This document shows, one piece after another, positions 38,501-49,300 of a stretch of DNA of 64,000 nucleotides. The stretch covers positions 62,001-126,000 of the forward strand of contig JAQGDQ010000601.1 of the NCBI GenBank assembly GCA_030141605.1, written 5' to 3'. Both the position numbers and the translations under genes were made by a program. Under the pieces are notes generated by a model, which did not search any database, was not told where the DNA came from, and saw only the letters and a program-made list of their open reading frames with translations. The DNA comes from Tubiluchus corallicola. Lineage: Eukaryota; Animalia; Priapulida. Each line of letters begins with the position of its first letter. The stretch's first letter is position 1.

Positions 38501-40592
38501 GAGAACGTATGGTCATAGACTTCAGCATCAATCGCAGCTCCAAGTTTTGTGGCTCTATGTCCGTACATTGCAACGCCGCGGAGAATGTAGCACAGCAGAT
38601 CTTGCAGGTGCGCCACTTCTGCCGTCTTTCCACACACCCCGATTGTGACGCAACCAGTCCTATTTTTCGTCTGCTCGCATTGGAAACAGAACATGTCTAT
38701 AAAAAAAGCCGCATATTTGTAGGTTTTAATCGAACACGCATAACCTTCTCGCAATAGGAATATTATTATTTAATTCAAATAAACTTTAGTAAATAAGATT
38801 TTATTTTCTTTACTGATGTTGATGTTTACTTTGTTGATATTGAAAAAATACAAATTTGGCGCTTTTAAGTCCCGCATCGTCAGTAGACAGGAATATTTAG
38901 TTTACTGTCAATGCGTGCCCGAGCGCTTAAATTATCTTACATCTGTCTGGAAAAAAACATACACATTTACACGCCTGAAGATAGGTGGGCAAATATGCAC
39001 GCGTCCTGTCGCAACATAGTGATTGCAAATCTAAATAGGTTAAGGTAACAATTAATCATTAATGTAAGCAATGCCCTCCACTATTGCAAGTTAATTTGAT
39101 TTCTCCAAAGTGATTCTGTCTGAAAGGAAAGTGACATACTGAAAAAATTTGTTCCATTGTTAGGCTTAAATGGGAAGTTACTTATAGTACTACATACTTA
39201 CATAATTACACAGCGAATTAATGACTGTGATCAGTCCGGTCTTAAAGTCAGTTGGGTGGTCTACTTTTGCATGGTGAATGAGGCATCTCTATGAGATGTT
39301 AGAGAATTCAGTTTGGTAGACAAGGTGAAGGAGAGGAGGTGGCTTCTCCTATTGCAAAGTTGTAGGCCCAGGCTTTTTTGGTAGTAACGTGACCCGCATG
39401 GAATATGCCACGGAGGCTTACAATCCACAGTCAACATTGGCATGGTAGAACATTCGTTTTTGAAATAGAGCTCAAGCTGTTTGAGAAGAGGTCAGACTTT
39501 TTCGGAATAAAAAGAAGTACTGCACATACCATTAGACACATTGGGCATTGGAGGACAGCTATAAGCCACGTGATTACGTGCACCAAAAACAGAACAATAA
39601 ACTCTTTTGACTATCACTCAAACTAACTTAGAATGAACCTGGTACTGACACTTGGCCGGGCCTCAACTGTTAGTGGAATTTAATGGCCACCTTGCAATCT
39701 CGCAATACATCTACACACAACCATTTGGGCCTGGAACACCTCGGAAAACCTTGAATCGGAATTTCTGAAAATTATCATGTGTAGAATTTCCTGTGAATAA
39801 ACGACAGGCCTATACTGGAAATGTCTGTTCATTCAGTTGGATAGTTAATTTTGTTTCATTTTTCTGTTTACCATTTTTGATGGACAATACTGTAGTTCTT
39901 TTTTTACTTTTTCAAATAAAGACAGATTTTAATTTATTCATGTTAAATGAATGTGTGAATTTATGCAAATTTTTCATGAAAATACAAATAGTCTAAAAAA
40001 TGAAACAAATGATAAAAATCGTGTAGTCAATATTTAAATCGAATGATTTTTATACAGTACAGCCATACAGTTCTGAAAAAGTTCATAAAGCATTAAACCC
40101 GAATGAAATACTGTCACGTTTGAACGAAAGCGACAGTGCAGCTGAAGTTGCTGAACGAATGCAAGATTCATAATCTTAATAATTTTTAGACGTTCTCTGG
40201 CTTAGTTTTTTATTCATTGCACCAAAGTATCACCTGTGAAGACTTTAGTAAAATGTAGAAAGTTTAGCGTTGAAAATTAAAAAAACTAAGACAATTTCAC
40301 TTCTGAATTGAATGCAACGCATTAATCATTCCTTATCTTAAAAACCTTAAATTACTATTAACTTAAGCACTTGTTAGATTTTAATAATTTTATTTAAAAA
40401 TTATAATTTGATGCGAAACTCACCCTCTTCTGCAAGCACTTTTGCCTTGGTTGCCAGGCTCCTCTTTTGGTTTGCCGAAGATTTGACGATCGCGGACATC
40501 GGTCGAACAATCCGGACAAAATCTGTCTGATTACGGAACAGCTGATGTGTTGCCAAACGACGTAATGCCGTGCGTGCTAACGGAGCAGCCAT
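32542..40592 (-). CDS. hcp: Hybrid cluster protein (prismane / hydroxylamine reductase / NO reductase), class I-type, 11 exons, 632 aa, with predicted mitochondrial presequence
   Basis: Frame-consistent GT-AG exons: 40424-40592, 38489-38696, 38149-38254, 37676-37763, 37320-37480, 36940-37122, 36558-36692, 35185-35338, 34863-35026, 33840-33991, 32542-32920 (1899 nt). Motifs: [16 protein letters not shown] (CX2CX8CX5C), [76 protein letters not shown]. Confidence 0.96.
33467..33577. mobile_element. Short PIF/Harbinger-like MITE in HCP intron 10
   Basis: Imperfect TIRs GGCCCAGTTTCACAAA / TTTGTGAAATCGGCCC. Confidence 0.5.
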
Positions 40593-41139
40593 TGTTTCAG
40601 AAAACTTTCAAAACTGCGACTTACGTATGGAAGAGTTATTTATTCTCAGCTCAAGCCTTCACTGAGACTGTAAGCTGACTAAACAGAATCTAGCGCTGAT
40701 TATCAGCTTGCTTGGTGTTTGATTATTTACAGGAACTCGTCTTAGCTAATAGTGACGAAAGTTTCCCCAGGTCAAGGCCTTGCAGGGAACTATAATAACC
40801 CACGTGTGCTACGTACCAGCTTATGCCAACAAAAACTGTACTGCTTTCACAACATTTCACAACATGTGTCAGAAAGAATCAGAAAACATTTAAAATACAT
40901 GTACTTTAACGTTAAAAAACTGATCTGAGAAACGCTGATAATTTACTGCCGTTAGTTTAATAATAATTTTCGTTGATGGCAGCCATGCTGAAATATATAC
41001 TAGTAGGTAGTCTATTGTAGTGCTGATAGTTATAACATGGGGTGATAGTAAGCAGTATGAATTGAAAGAAGTACGGATATGTAAGTCTATAGTCGATTGT
41101 CGGTTTTGATATTTTTTACCGCACTGAAAGAGCGTTCAC

Positions 41140-41228
41140 CGAAAAAATGCTACCTCGGCGCGAGGCCCCCTGGAGGGTGAGGCCCCGGGGAAGTATCTCC
41201 ACTTCCCCCCCTCCTGAAATAGGCCCTG
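41140..41228 (-). mobile_element. Partial copy (one end) of the hAT MITE at 48773-49037
   Basis: GAGGCCCCCTGGAGGGTGAGGCCCCGGGGAAGTATCTCCACTT..TGAAATAGGCCCTG is the near reverse complement of 48773-48845. Confidence 0.75.
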
Positions 41229-42007
41229 TGTCTGTGGTTATATGCCTATGTTTCTCTAAAGGTATATCAGTACGATATAATATTTCATTTCCTTGACTAT
41301 CACTGTATTGATGGGTTTCACCAATAGCCAGTACAGTGCATCAAGCACAGTATGCTTTTCACATGTCAGCGGGTATCAAGTTGACAGTCACGTGAAAAGC
41401 ATAAATGCAGTTATCTACCACACTATCTAAGACACTGCAATGCATTTTTAGAGAAAATAGCGCACAGTGTCATGACCGCTGACACAACTATGTTACGCAC
41501 ACAAATATACTAATAGATTAGCCTGTAACTCTAGACAAATAATGTACGATAAGATGGTTTATAAATTATGGGATCGTAATGATGCACCGGTAATTCATTA
41601 ACCTGATTGTTTGTTTAACGGAGGTTGACGGTCATAGATTTAAATGCCACGCGTGCGCATATAATTCTTTGCGCAAATTCCAATCTATAATTTCAGCTTA
41701 TCTTAAGTCGTAAGAGTGTGATCGATTTTTTTAGGTAGTCAACTCTTTGCAAACAGCAACAATTACTGTAAAAAGACGTTTTGTGAAGTTGTGATGAGGC
41801 GTAGCATCAGGGTCCAAAGGTGTCGGGTTAGTAGACCAACCTACTCGCAGTGAACCACCGGCAAAAGAACACAGTTTTAAATGTTTTTAAACGGAAACAG
41901 CAAATACTCTCTTAAATGATAGCAAGAACAGGAAAATTAAGGATAATATCTTTACATTAGGTCTGTAGGTAGCTACTAATAATCACTTTAATCAGCGCCA
42001 CGACAAT

Positions 42008-43158
42008 CAGGGGCGTCGTGCACCAAAAAAAATTAGCTGGGCCCGACTGTATATAATACCGGAACTTAAGTGTTTAAAAACGTATAATTTTGAATTCCCA
42101 CACCAGTTTTTTGCGTGCAAGAAAAACGATTTATATAAATAAATCGTTATTCCCAACTGGCATTTAATTTAAAGCTATAGCTACAGAAATTTAATTAAAA
42201 TTAAAAATTAATTTAAAATTAAAATTTAATTAAGTATTTATTAGCTGTCAGGAATCCAAAGATGACGACTACCAAAACATATGTACCTTTAATTTAATAT
42301 TTTTAACAATTACTAAACTTTTTATTCCGAGGCAAAATGAAGATATTGAACAAACAACAAACGTTATTTTTAAATGATTCAGCAACACAGTCAAAGCCAA
42401 CAACATAACATGAATACGTTACAGGATGACTATAGGGGTATAGTAGAAAAGCAATGACAGGTATTACAGTTTACACCAAGATAAAACAAAGAGGTTAAAG
42501 CGTAAAAAGCGATATACAGCGACACATATGAATTAATGCACTAAAAATTTGTACTAACGACGCAGAACATCATTCCAGAAGAACTCAACCACAGACTTCT
42601 TTGCTTTCTCAGCCTCAACTGCAAGGATCATCAGGTCACTCAGTCGTGACTGACTCATTGTACTGCGGAGAGCATTCTTGACAAATTTAAGAGCAGAAAA
42701 GGATCTCTCACAAGAGCAAGACGTAACGGACAGAGTCAGAATCAACTGGTATGCGATGAAGATCATTGGGTAAAGTTTGTCCAGTCCAGAAGAAGTCATA
42801 TAACAGTATACTGAGTGAATACAGTTTGTGTTGACATGTTCAGGAACAGTCTGCAGCCACAGCACGAGTGAACAAGCGGTACTCCAACTCGAGGATTTCT
42901 TCATCGAGATCAGCCATGTAGAAGGTGCAAAGAATCTTGACTTTCTCCATCTTGACATTAGATTCAATCAATAATCATACCTATGTGTATGTATATAATC
43001 GCATATCATGCAACAGTGGGAGCTTTCACCGTTCCTCAAAATTTCACACCTTACTGGTCTCATTGCAAGCCGCCGAAACCCTTAAAATTTTTGACATTTT
43101 GTAAACAATCGGGGGGCCCAGGCCTCCCCCCCCGGGCCCCTATAGCACGACGCCACTG
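42008..43158 (-). mobile_element. Internally deleted hAT transposon with hATC fragment
   Basis: TIRs CAGGGGCGTCGTGC / GCACGACGCCACTG; perfect 8-bp TSD ACGACAAT (42000-42007, 43159-43166); ORF 42554-42967 LTLSVTSCSCERSFSALKFVKNALRSTMSQSRLSDLMILAVE. Confidence 0.92.
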
Positions 43159-43754
43159 ACGACAATGTTAACCATTAAACAAGTCAGTATTTTCGGTGTT
43201 ATCAGCAGAGATTTAAAAATACAAAGGTGCAAAAATTTAGTAGCATTTTTAACAAAAAATGTTCGATAAAAGCACAGAGTTTGTTGAATTGGAAAAAGCT
43301 AAAGTCGTGAACTGTTGACACTGTAACAAGTTCTTTGCGTTTCAAACCTTTTTTACAGAATTCGAAGTTTTCCTCGTCTTGCTAACAGCAAAATACAATT
43401 TTGTTGCATTGCATTGACCACTGACTGCAATTAGTTTTTCTAATACATCTTTAGCTTTAAATGAAATATGCTGCATATTACTATACAAATAATTTTTAAC
43501 TACAAATATTTGTCACAGAGTCCCGGGAATCATGAATTCAAATCTGCCGCTAAGCATTTCTTTTGCAATATTGCTAACTAGTTCATTTCAGTTCCTACAA
43601 TCTGCGAAAACTTACATATAGACATAGACATATACATATTCTTAGATATCTTTATTGGTCATATATAATGCACATGGTAAACGTGATATTTGTCATTTCA
43701 GCTTTAGCTTTCCAATTTCGCAACTGCAAATTAAATTCAATTGTATATATAAAT

Positions 43755-44283
43755 CTATAATTCAGAACTCTGTTACCCGTCTCATTACGAAAGCTAGAAA
43801 ATATGATCATATTACACCCATTCTAAAAGAATTACATTGCTTACCGATAAAGTTCCGAATTCAATTTAAAATTCTTTTTGTCACCTACAAAATACTGCTT
43901 GGTTTGGCACCTGTATACCTTACTGATCTTTTAATACGCTGTAACATAGGAAGAACACTTCGTTCTAATGCTAATGAACAAATTCATTTACATCAACGAA
44001 TCACTAATACAGTATTCAATGGTGAAAAAGCTTTTTCTGTCCGTGCCCGCATCCCTGGAATAACTTACCTGTTGCTGTACGTTCTGCAAATTCATTAGAA
44101 TGTTTTAAACAACATCTTAAAACACATTTGTTTAAACTGTACTTTTTATGTTGAGTTAATTTTAATTTAAATTTCTTTTAAAATTTAAGTTTTCAATGAA
44201 TTTTAAATTTATTTTATTGTTCAGCGTGCTGAGATTTTAAATGATGTAGTGCGCTATATAAATAAATTTTACATTACATTACA
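43755..44283 (+). mobile_element. L2-clade LINE 3' end
   Basis: IQNSVTRLITKARKYDHITPILKELHCLPIKFRIQFKIL..LAPVYLTDLL..RTLRS..GEKAFSV; FKQHLKTHLF; 3' end GCGCTATATAAATAAA followed by a (TTACA)n tail. Confidence 0.85.
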
Positions 44284-45113
44284 ATTAAAATAAAGCTTAA
44301 ATTGAAAAGTGTTTAGAGTTTAGCTACTATTTAATGCTTTGATTGAAGTGGGAATAAATGATAATATAAAGCTATTTGTTCTTGAAACGGGTACATTAAA
44401 TGTTAAATATTAATCTGACTTTGTTTGCCAGAAACTTAAATTCTTTATGTAAAGGAAGATGAAAGTTGTCTGCCATAAATTTTCTTTAACATCTTCAATA
44501 ATATAGGTACTGTTGTTTTACATGAGATTAAACTTGAATCATTTATATATTGTTAACTCGTGTTTTAACCAGAAATTACAAATTAACCATTTGATGCTTG
44601 TGATCACTAGAAGCAACGCCTCGAACCGCCCAACCTCGTTAGGTTATTTTTTCTTTTTTTTTGTAGTTATGTGCTAAATTTTGGAGCGTTATATACGTGA
44701 CAACATTTATATAGAGTGAAAGTAAAGTTAGTGGCTGAGTTATTAATTAGGTGAGAGTCAGTACTTTAATTTGCGTTTGGCTGTCTATCTGTACTTTACC
44801 TAATGTTAGTAGTTGTGTCAAATTTAGTCTGAAGTAATAAATGTATTCGCTCGAAAGAATGTGATTACAATAGGCTATATTTTAGTCTGGGCACCTTTTA
44901 ATCAAATAGTTGTGCTTTTTTCCAACTACCAGTCGTACGAATAAGGTACGTATTTTATTAACCGCAAAACCAGTATTTAATCAGCAACTCAAAGACGTAA
45001 GCCTTGTGAATTTTTTCATATAAGAACATATTAATCAATATTATTTTCACAAATTTACTATTTTACTTGACAGTATACTTTCTAGTTCTTACAGATGGTC
45101 ACTATGCAGATTA

Positions 45114-45293
45114 AAGAGGCGTCTACGTAGCATCGCGATGCGTATGCGTTTGGCAGGGGCGGAATAGATAAAATCGGTTTATATTGTTTTCAATGCACTA
45201 ATTTATGCAGCCTGTGTTATGCGTTATTCTTTTTCTGCAGCTATTCCGCAGGTGGAAGGGCATACGCGTCCGGATGCTACGTAAACACCACTT
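45114..45293. mobile_element. Short Harbinger-like MITE
   Basis: Imperfect TIRs AAAGAGGCGTCTACGTAGCATC / GATGCTACGTAAACACCACTTT in a TTA/TA context. Confidence 0.6.
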
Positions 45294-45449
45294 TACAATT
45301 AAACTTTTATGACAATTACTAAGGCATCACATAATTAAATTAAAACACATAGCCGATACATACATAACTCACATCTAAACATTATTTCAGAACGAGGGGA
45401 ATCTGTACTGTGGGTATTCAAGTGCGACGAAAACAACCATATTTCTGGT

Positions 45450-45790
45450 AGTTTGCGAAATGAATTAAATAGTGAACAATTTAATTTACAGCCGTGCATA
45501 TTTGTGCATTCAATATATGGGAACACAGAGTTACATGAGCACAAACGTATAATCATCACAACCCACAATTTATCTCACAATTTAGCTATAGAAACAGGTC
45601 GTTGGGCAAATGTACCTCGTGTGCGCAGGCTGTGTCATTGTGGAGAAATGCAGACAGAAGAACACTAAAAATTTGCTTCATAAACCACGCGTTGAATTAT
45701 AGCAACATTGCAAATTTATTCGATGGAGAATTAATGTCAATTGGAAAATTTATTTGCGACTGTACGCGTAGATTTTGAATTAAAAAGTAT
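45450..45790 (+). mobile_element. Non-LTR retrotransposon ORF2 C-terminal fragment (CCHC region)
   Basis: SHNLAIETGRWANVPRVRRLCHCGEMQTEEH is typical of the LINE C-terminal zinc-knuckle region. Confidence 0.75.
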
Positions 45791-46366
45791 AGACTTTTGT
45801 TAGCGGACATATAACCGCATCATTGTGATTATCATTTAGGTAAAATATTTTTTATGAAATGCGTACAAATGCTTAGTTAGTAGTTTTTTCTCTACATAGA
45901 TTTTAAAATTAAATTTGTATACCTGTGTATATACATTGTGCAGCTATGTTGGATCAAATGGTTTGTATAATCTGGAAATCATTACCCGAGCTCTGCCCGC
46001 TGATAAAACCATCGGGTATACGTTGATTTTGTAATTTTCGTGTAAGAAATTTGATTTTCAGAAATAAAATATCTATCTATCTATATATCTATCTATAACT
46101 TGAAACAAGAAAATCTCTTTTTAATGAAAGATTAGATCATCAGAATATAATTATGTACACTGTACTCAAGCAACAAATCGTCTATACTAAGTACATAGAA
46201 AATAAAAACACTAAGATTGTCAGTAGTGATTTTGATACAATAGCATAGCAAAACTCTAATAAATGTACAGCAGACCACTTATAAAATTAAGTATGGCTGA
46301 AAACAGGCAATCACGTGTGTCTGGTTTCCTTATTATTTAACCTACTAATTATTTGATATGTTGCTC

Positions 46367-49300
46367 TTATATTGCCTGAACACACGAATCATTGGTGCCT
46401 TCTTTCTTCAGTGTCTCTTTACAACCATGCGCTTCAGTCTCCTCTGAAACAATAGGAATATACTGTGAAACTTCAGCTAGAATTTTAAAACATTAATTAT
46501 TATCTAGTTGTCTGGAGGCAAGTCTTACGCGTAAACTAATAAGGCATAAATTTAGATGTTAAAATAGATAATGCATGTTTTTATTTATATACATGTAAAT
46601 GTATTATGCATACTTTTACATAACGTAAATATTGTAATTATCATGCAAACATTAGGCTATAATATTTTATGTCAATAATTACTAAAGTGGATTACTAAGT
46701 ATAAATAATGGACAAATATTATATCTATATGAAAGTTAACAAATACGCTAAAAGCTAAGAAATACTACATGTCATGCACTATTAAGAAAGACAGCTGCCA
46801 AAATTTATTGTAATATAATTTAAAATACAAAGCATTAGTTAAAAAAACAGTGCTTGGTACATCAATCAATCATACAATCTTCTAAATATTTTACTATACA
46901 ATCAAATATATAAATTTTACTACTAAATATATATTATAAATACAGTGAAGAAATAATAATGTTCACATATCAAATTACACAAATAAGTCTCTCACTTCAG
47001 GCGAACTGTATAGTGCAAAATGTGGCGAAGTATTGAACATATTGCACAGTGTACCGAAAATAAAAAATACTGAAAATAACCGCAAGAAATGAGGTCTGAC
47101 TCGAAACACACTAAAGGCCCAACTAAATTTATTAATAAAAGGGAATATGCCAACCGTTGAAGTAAGACACATAAATAAGCAAAGTACAAGCCTGACATAT
47201 AAAAACTGAATAAATAAGTAAACAAATAAATAATAATATCAATCAAATAGTTAACTGAAGCTGAAGGTTCAACTCAAAGATAAATAAATACATCCCAGCA
47301 ACTAAACAAACATATAAACAAATAAACACTTACAAATAAAAAACAACTAGCAATTAAAAATAAGCAGATATATAAGCAAACAAGCAGCAAGTAGACAGAA
47401 CAGAAAAGCACACATTTTTTGTCTAGTCTGGCTAAAAAAGGTTTTAAATTTTCTATGAAATGTGTTGGGCACGCAGAGTCACGTGACTTACTCTACTAGA
47501 TATACAGGTTTCTACATCTTTGACGTCAGTCTGGAATATAAGAACTACCCAGCAGCATTGCAACCCCTTTTAATATCGTTGACTGTATTCTAGTACGACT
47601 TTGTGTATATCGTATACTTAGGCTGCATTAATTGCTTTAGTTAATTGAATGAGTCATTAGTTAGTTACTCATTAAGCGAATTTATCTACTACAATAAAGC
47701 AAGTTGTGACTGTAGGTATATGAGCTTGCATCTAGTTAACTCTGGGAAGGGTCCCACCTCATACCTGTCCTAGATCTCCTTTACAAAAAAGCAAGTGATT
47801 GGTTATACGCTCAACTGAACAGGCTGTCTAGTCAATAAACCGTCGTATTAGAGGACAAGGTCATCCACTTTTACCTTTTCTAGAAATTGAAACCAGGTTC
47901 AACACAGTGTGTCGAACGTGTTAAGGCAGTGAAGTCGTCCAACATGGCTTCCGCCGGACATTTATTAACAGTCGAAGTCAAGACATAATTATTACGGCGA
48001 CAGAAAGGGTTGCGTGCTCGAGCCGTGAGGCGAAAACAACAATCAACTGGCTATTATTTGTTATCTGACGTACTGCTGTAAACGGAAAATCAGGAGATCT
48101 GGTGCAGAAACAATCAGGCAATGACCAGATGTTGTATCAACAGTAGTTTCACGAGCTCCGGAGAGTCAGGACTCCACTGCACTCCACTAGGATTGGAGAA
48201 ATAACCTCATACGACTCTGGTACCTCACAAGCATTGTGGAACTGACCACGTAAGATTCCACCCACTGCTCGAGCTTTGGAAGAGTAGCTGCTCAAGACTC
48301 CACAAAGTTCGCATAACGAGTTAGTCACGTTATTCCAGCTTTCAGAGTGATGGAGAACTCAAATATTGGAATCCGACAGCTTGCGTCTGCAGTCACTACA
48401 ACTGTTAAGTATACTTACCTTACATCCTCCTCCCTCGGGTTAACTATTCTTCTGGTTATCTTAGGGTTTGTTATGGTTTTGAATTAAAGTAAATTGCTTT
48501 CGGTTCTTATTACTTTATTAAAAAATTAATTTATCAGTAATATTAAAAACTGTGTCGTTTGCTTCTATTCGGAATACGTATCTGTGAACTATGCTGAAAT
48601 GGAAAGATTCACTGAACCCACGTGTCAGCACGTATCATAAATTAGGAGAAATAAAGTGTTTGTGGTGTCGTAACGAAAGCGTCCAATACTCGCAACTCGG
48701 GATGTTACCCATATAACCAATCTCATTTACTGTATACGAGAACGCCCCATACCACAAGTGGTGCCCCACATACAGGGCCTATTTCAAGGGGGGAAAGTGG
48801 GGATACTTCCCCGGGGTCTCACCCTCCAGGGGGCCTCACACCGAGGTAACATTATTTTTTTGCTTTATGCGAACATACTGTATAACTCCATATTTTCTCT
48901 TCGAAAATGCTTCTCCGGCGTTCTAGCAGTTAAAAAATTTTCTGGGCGCCAACCATGGTGGCATACGCCCCCCCCCCCCCGAGGAGGTCTCACACGCCCC
49001 ACTTCCCCGGACCTCGCTTAGGCTGAAATAGGCCCTGCCCACATATCACATAGTCCTCCTATTATATGTGCAACGCTCCCTTTTGGGCTTAATTGAATGG
49101 CGTAGGTGGGATGGGGAGACTATGCATTATTACACTCGTACAGCAAAATGTTACACCCGCTCTTCCTGATGTTAAGATCCGCCAGTCGAGATGTTGCTGA
49201 CTTAATCTGGCCTTTTTTGCAATGGAAATTATTTATTATAGTGACGCATATTCAATTACATCAATAAAAAACTCATCATAATACAAGAACACAAAATTTT

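Noticed and set aside
38134-38754. 206-aa ORF as a single HCP exon
   Set aside because: It reads through a 234-nt stop-free intron (38255-38488); splicing restores the conserved [10 protein letters not shown] motif
32542-40592. HCP as bacterial contamination or misassembly
   Set aside because: Ten canonical spliceosomal introns, a eukaryotic targeting exon, host-type repeats in introns and composition continuous with the flanking GEMIN5 locus
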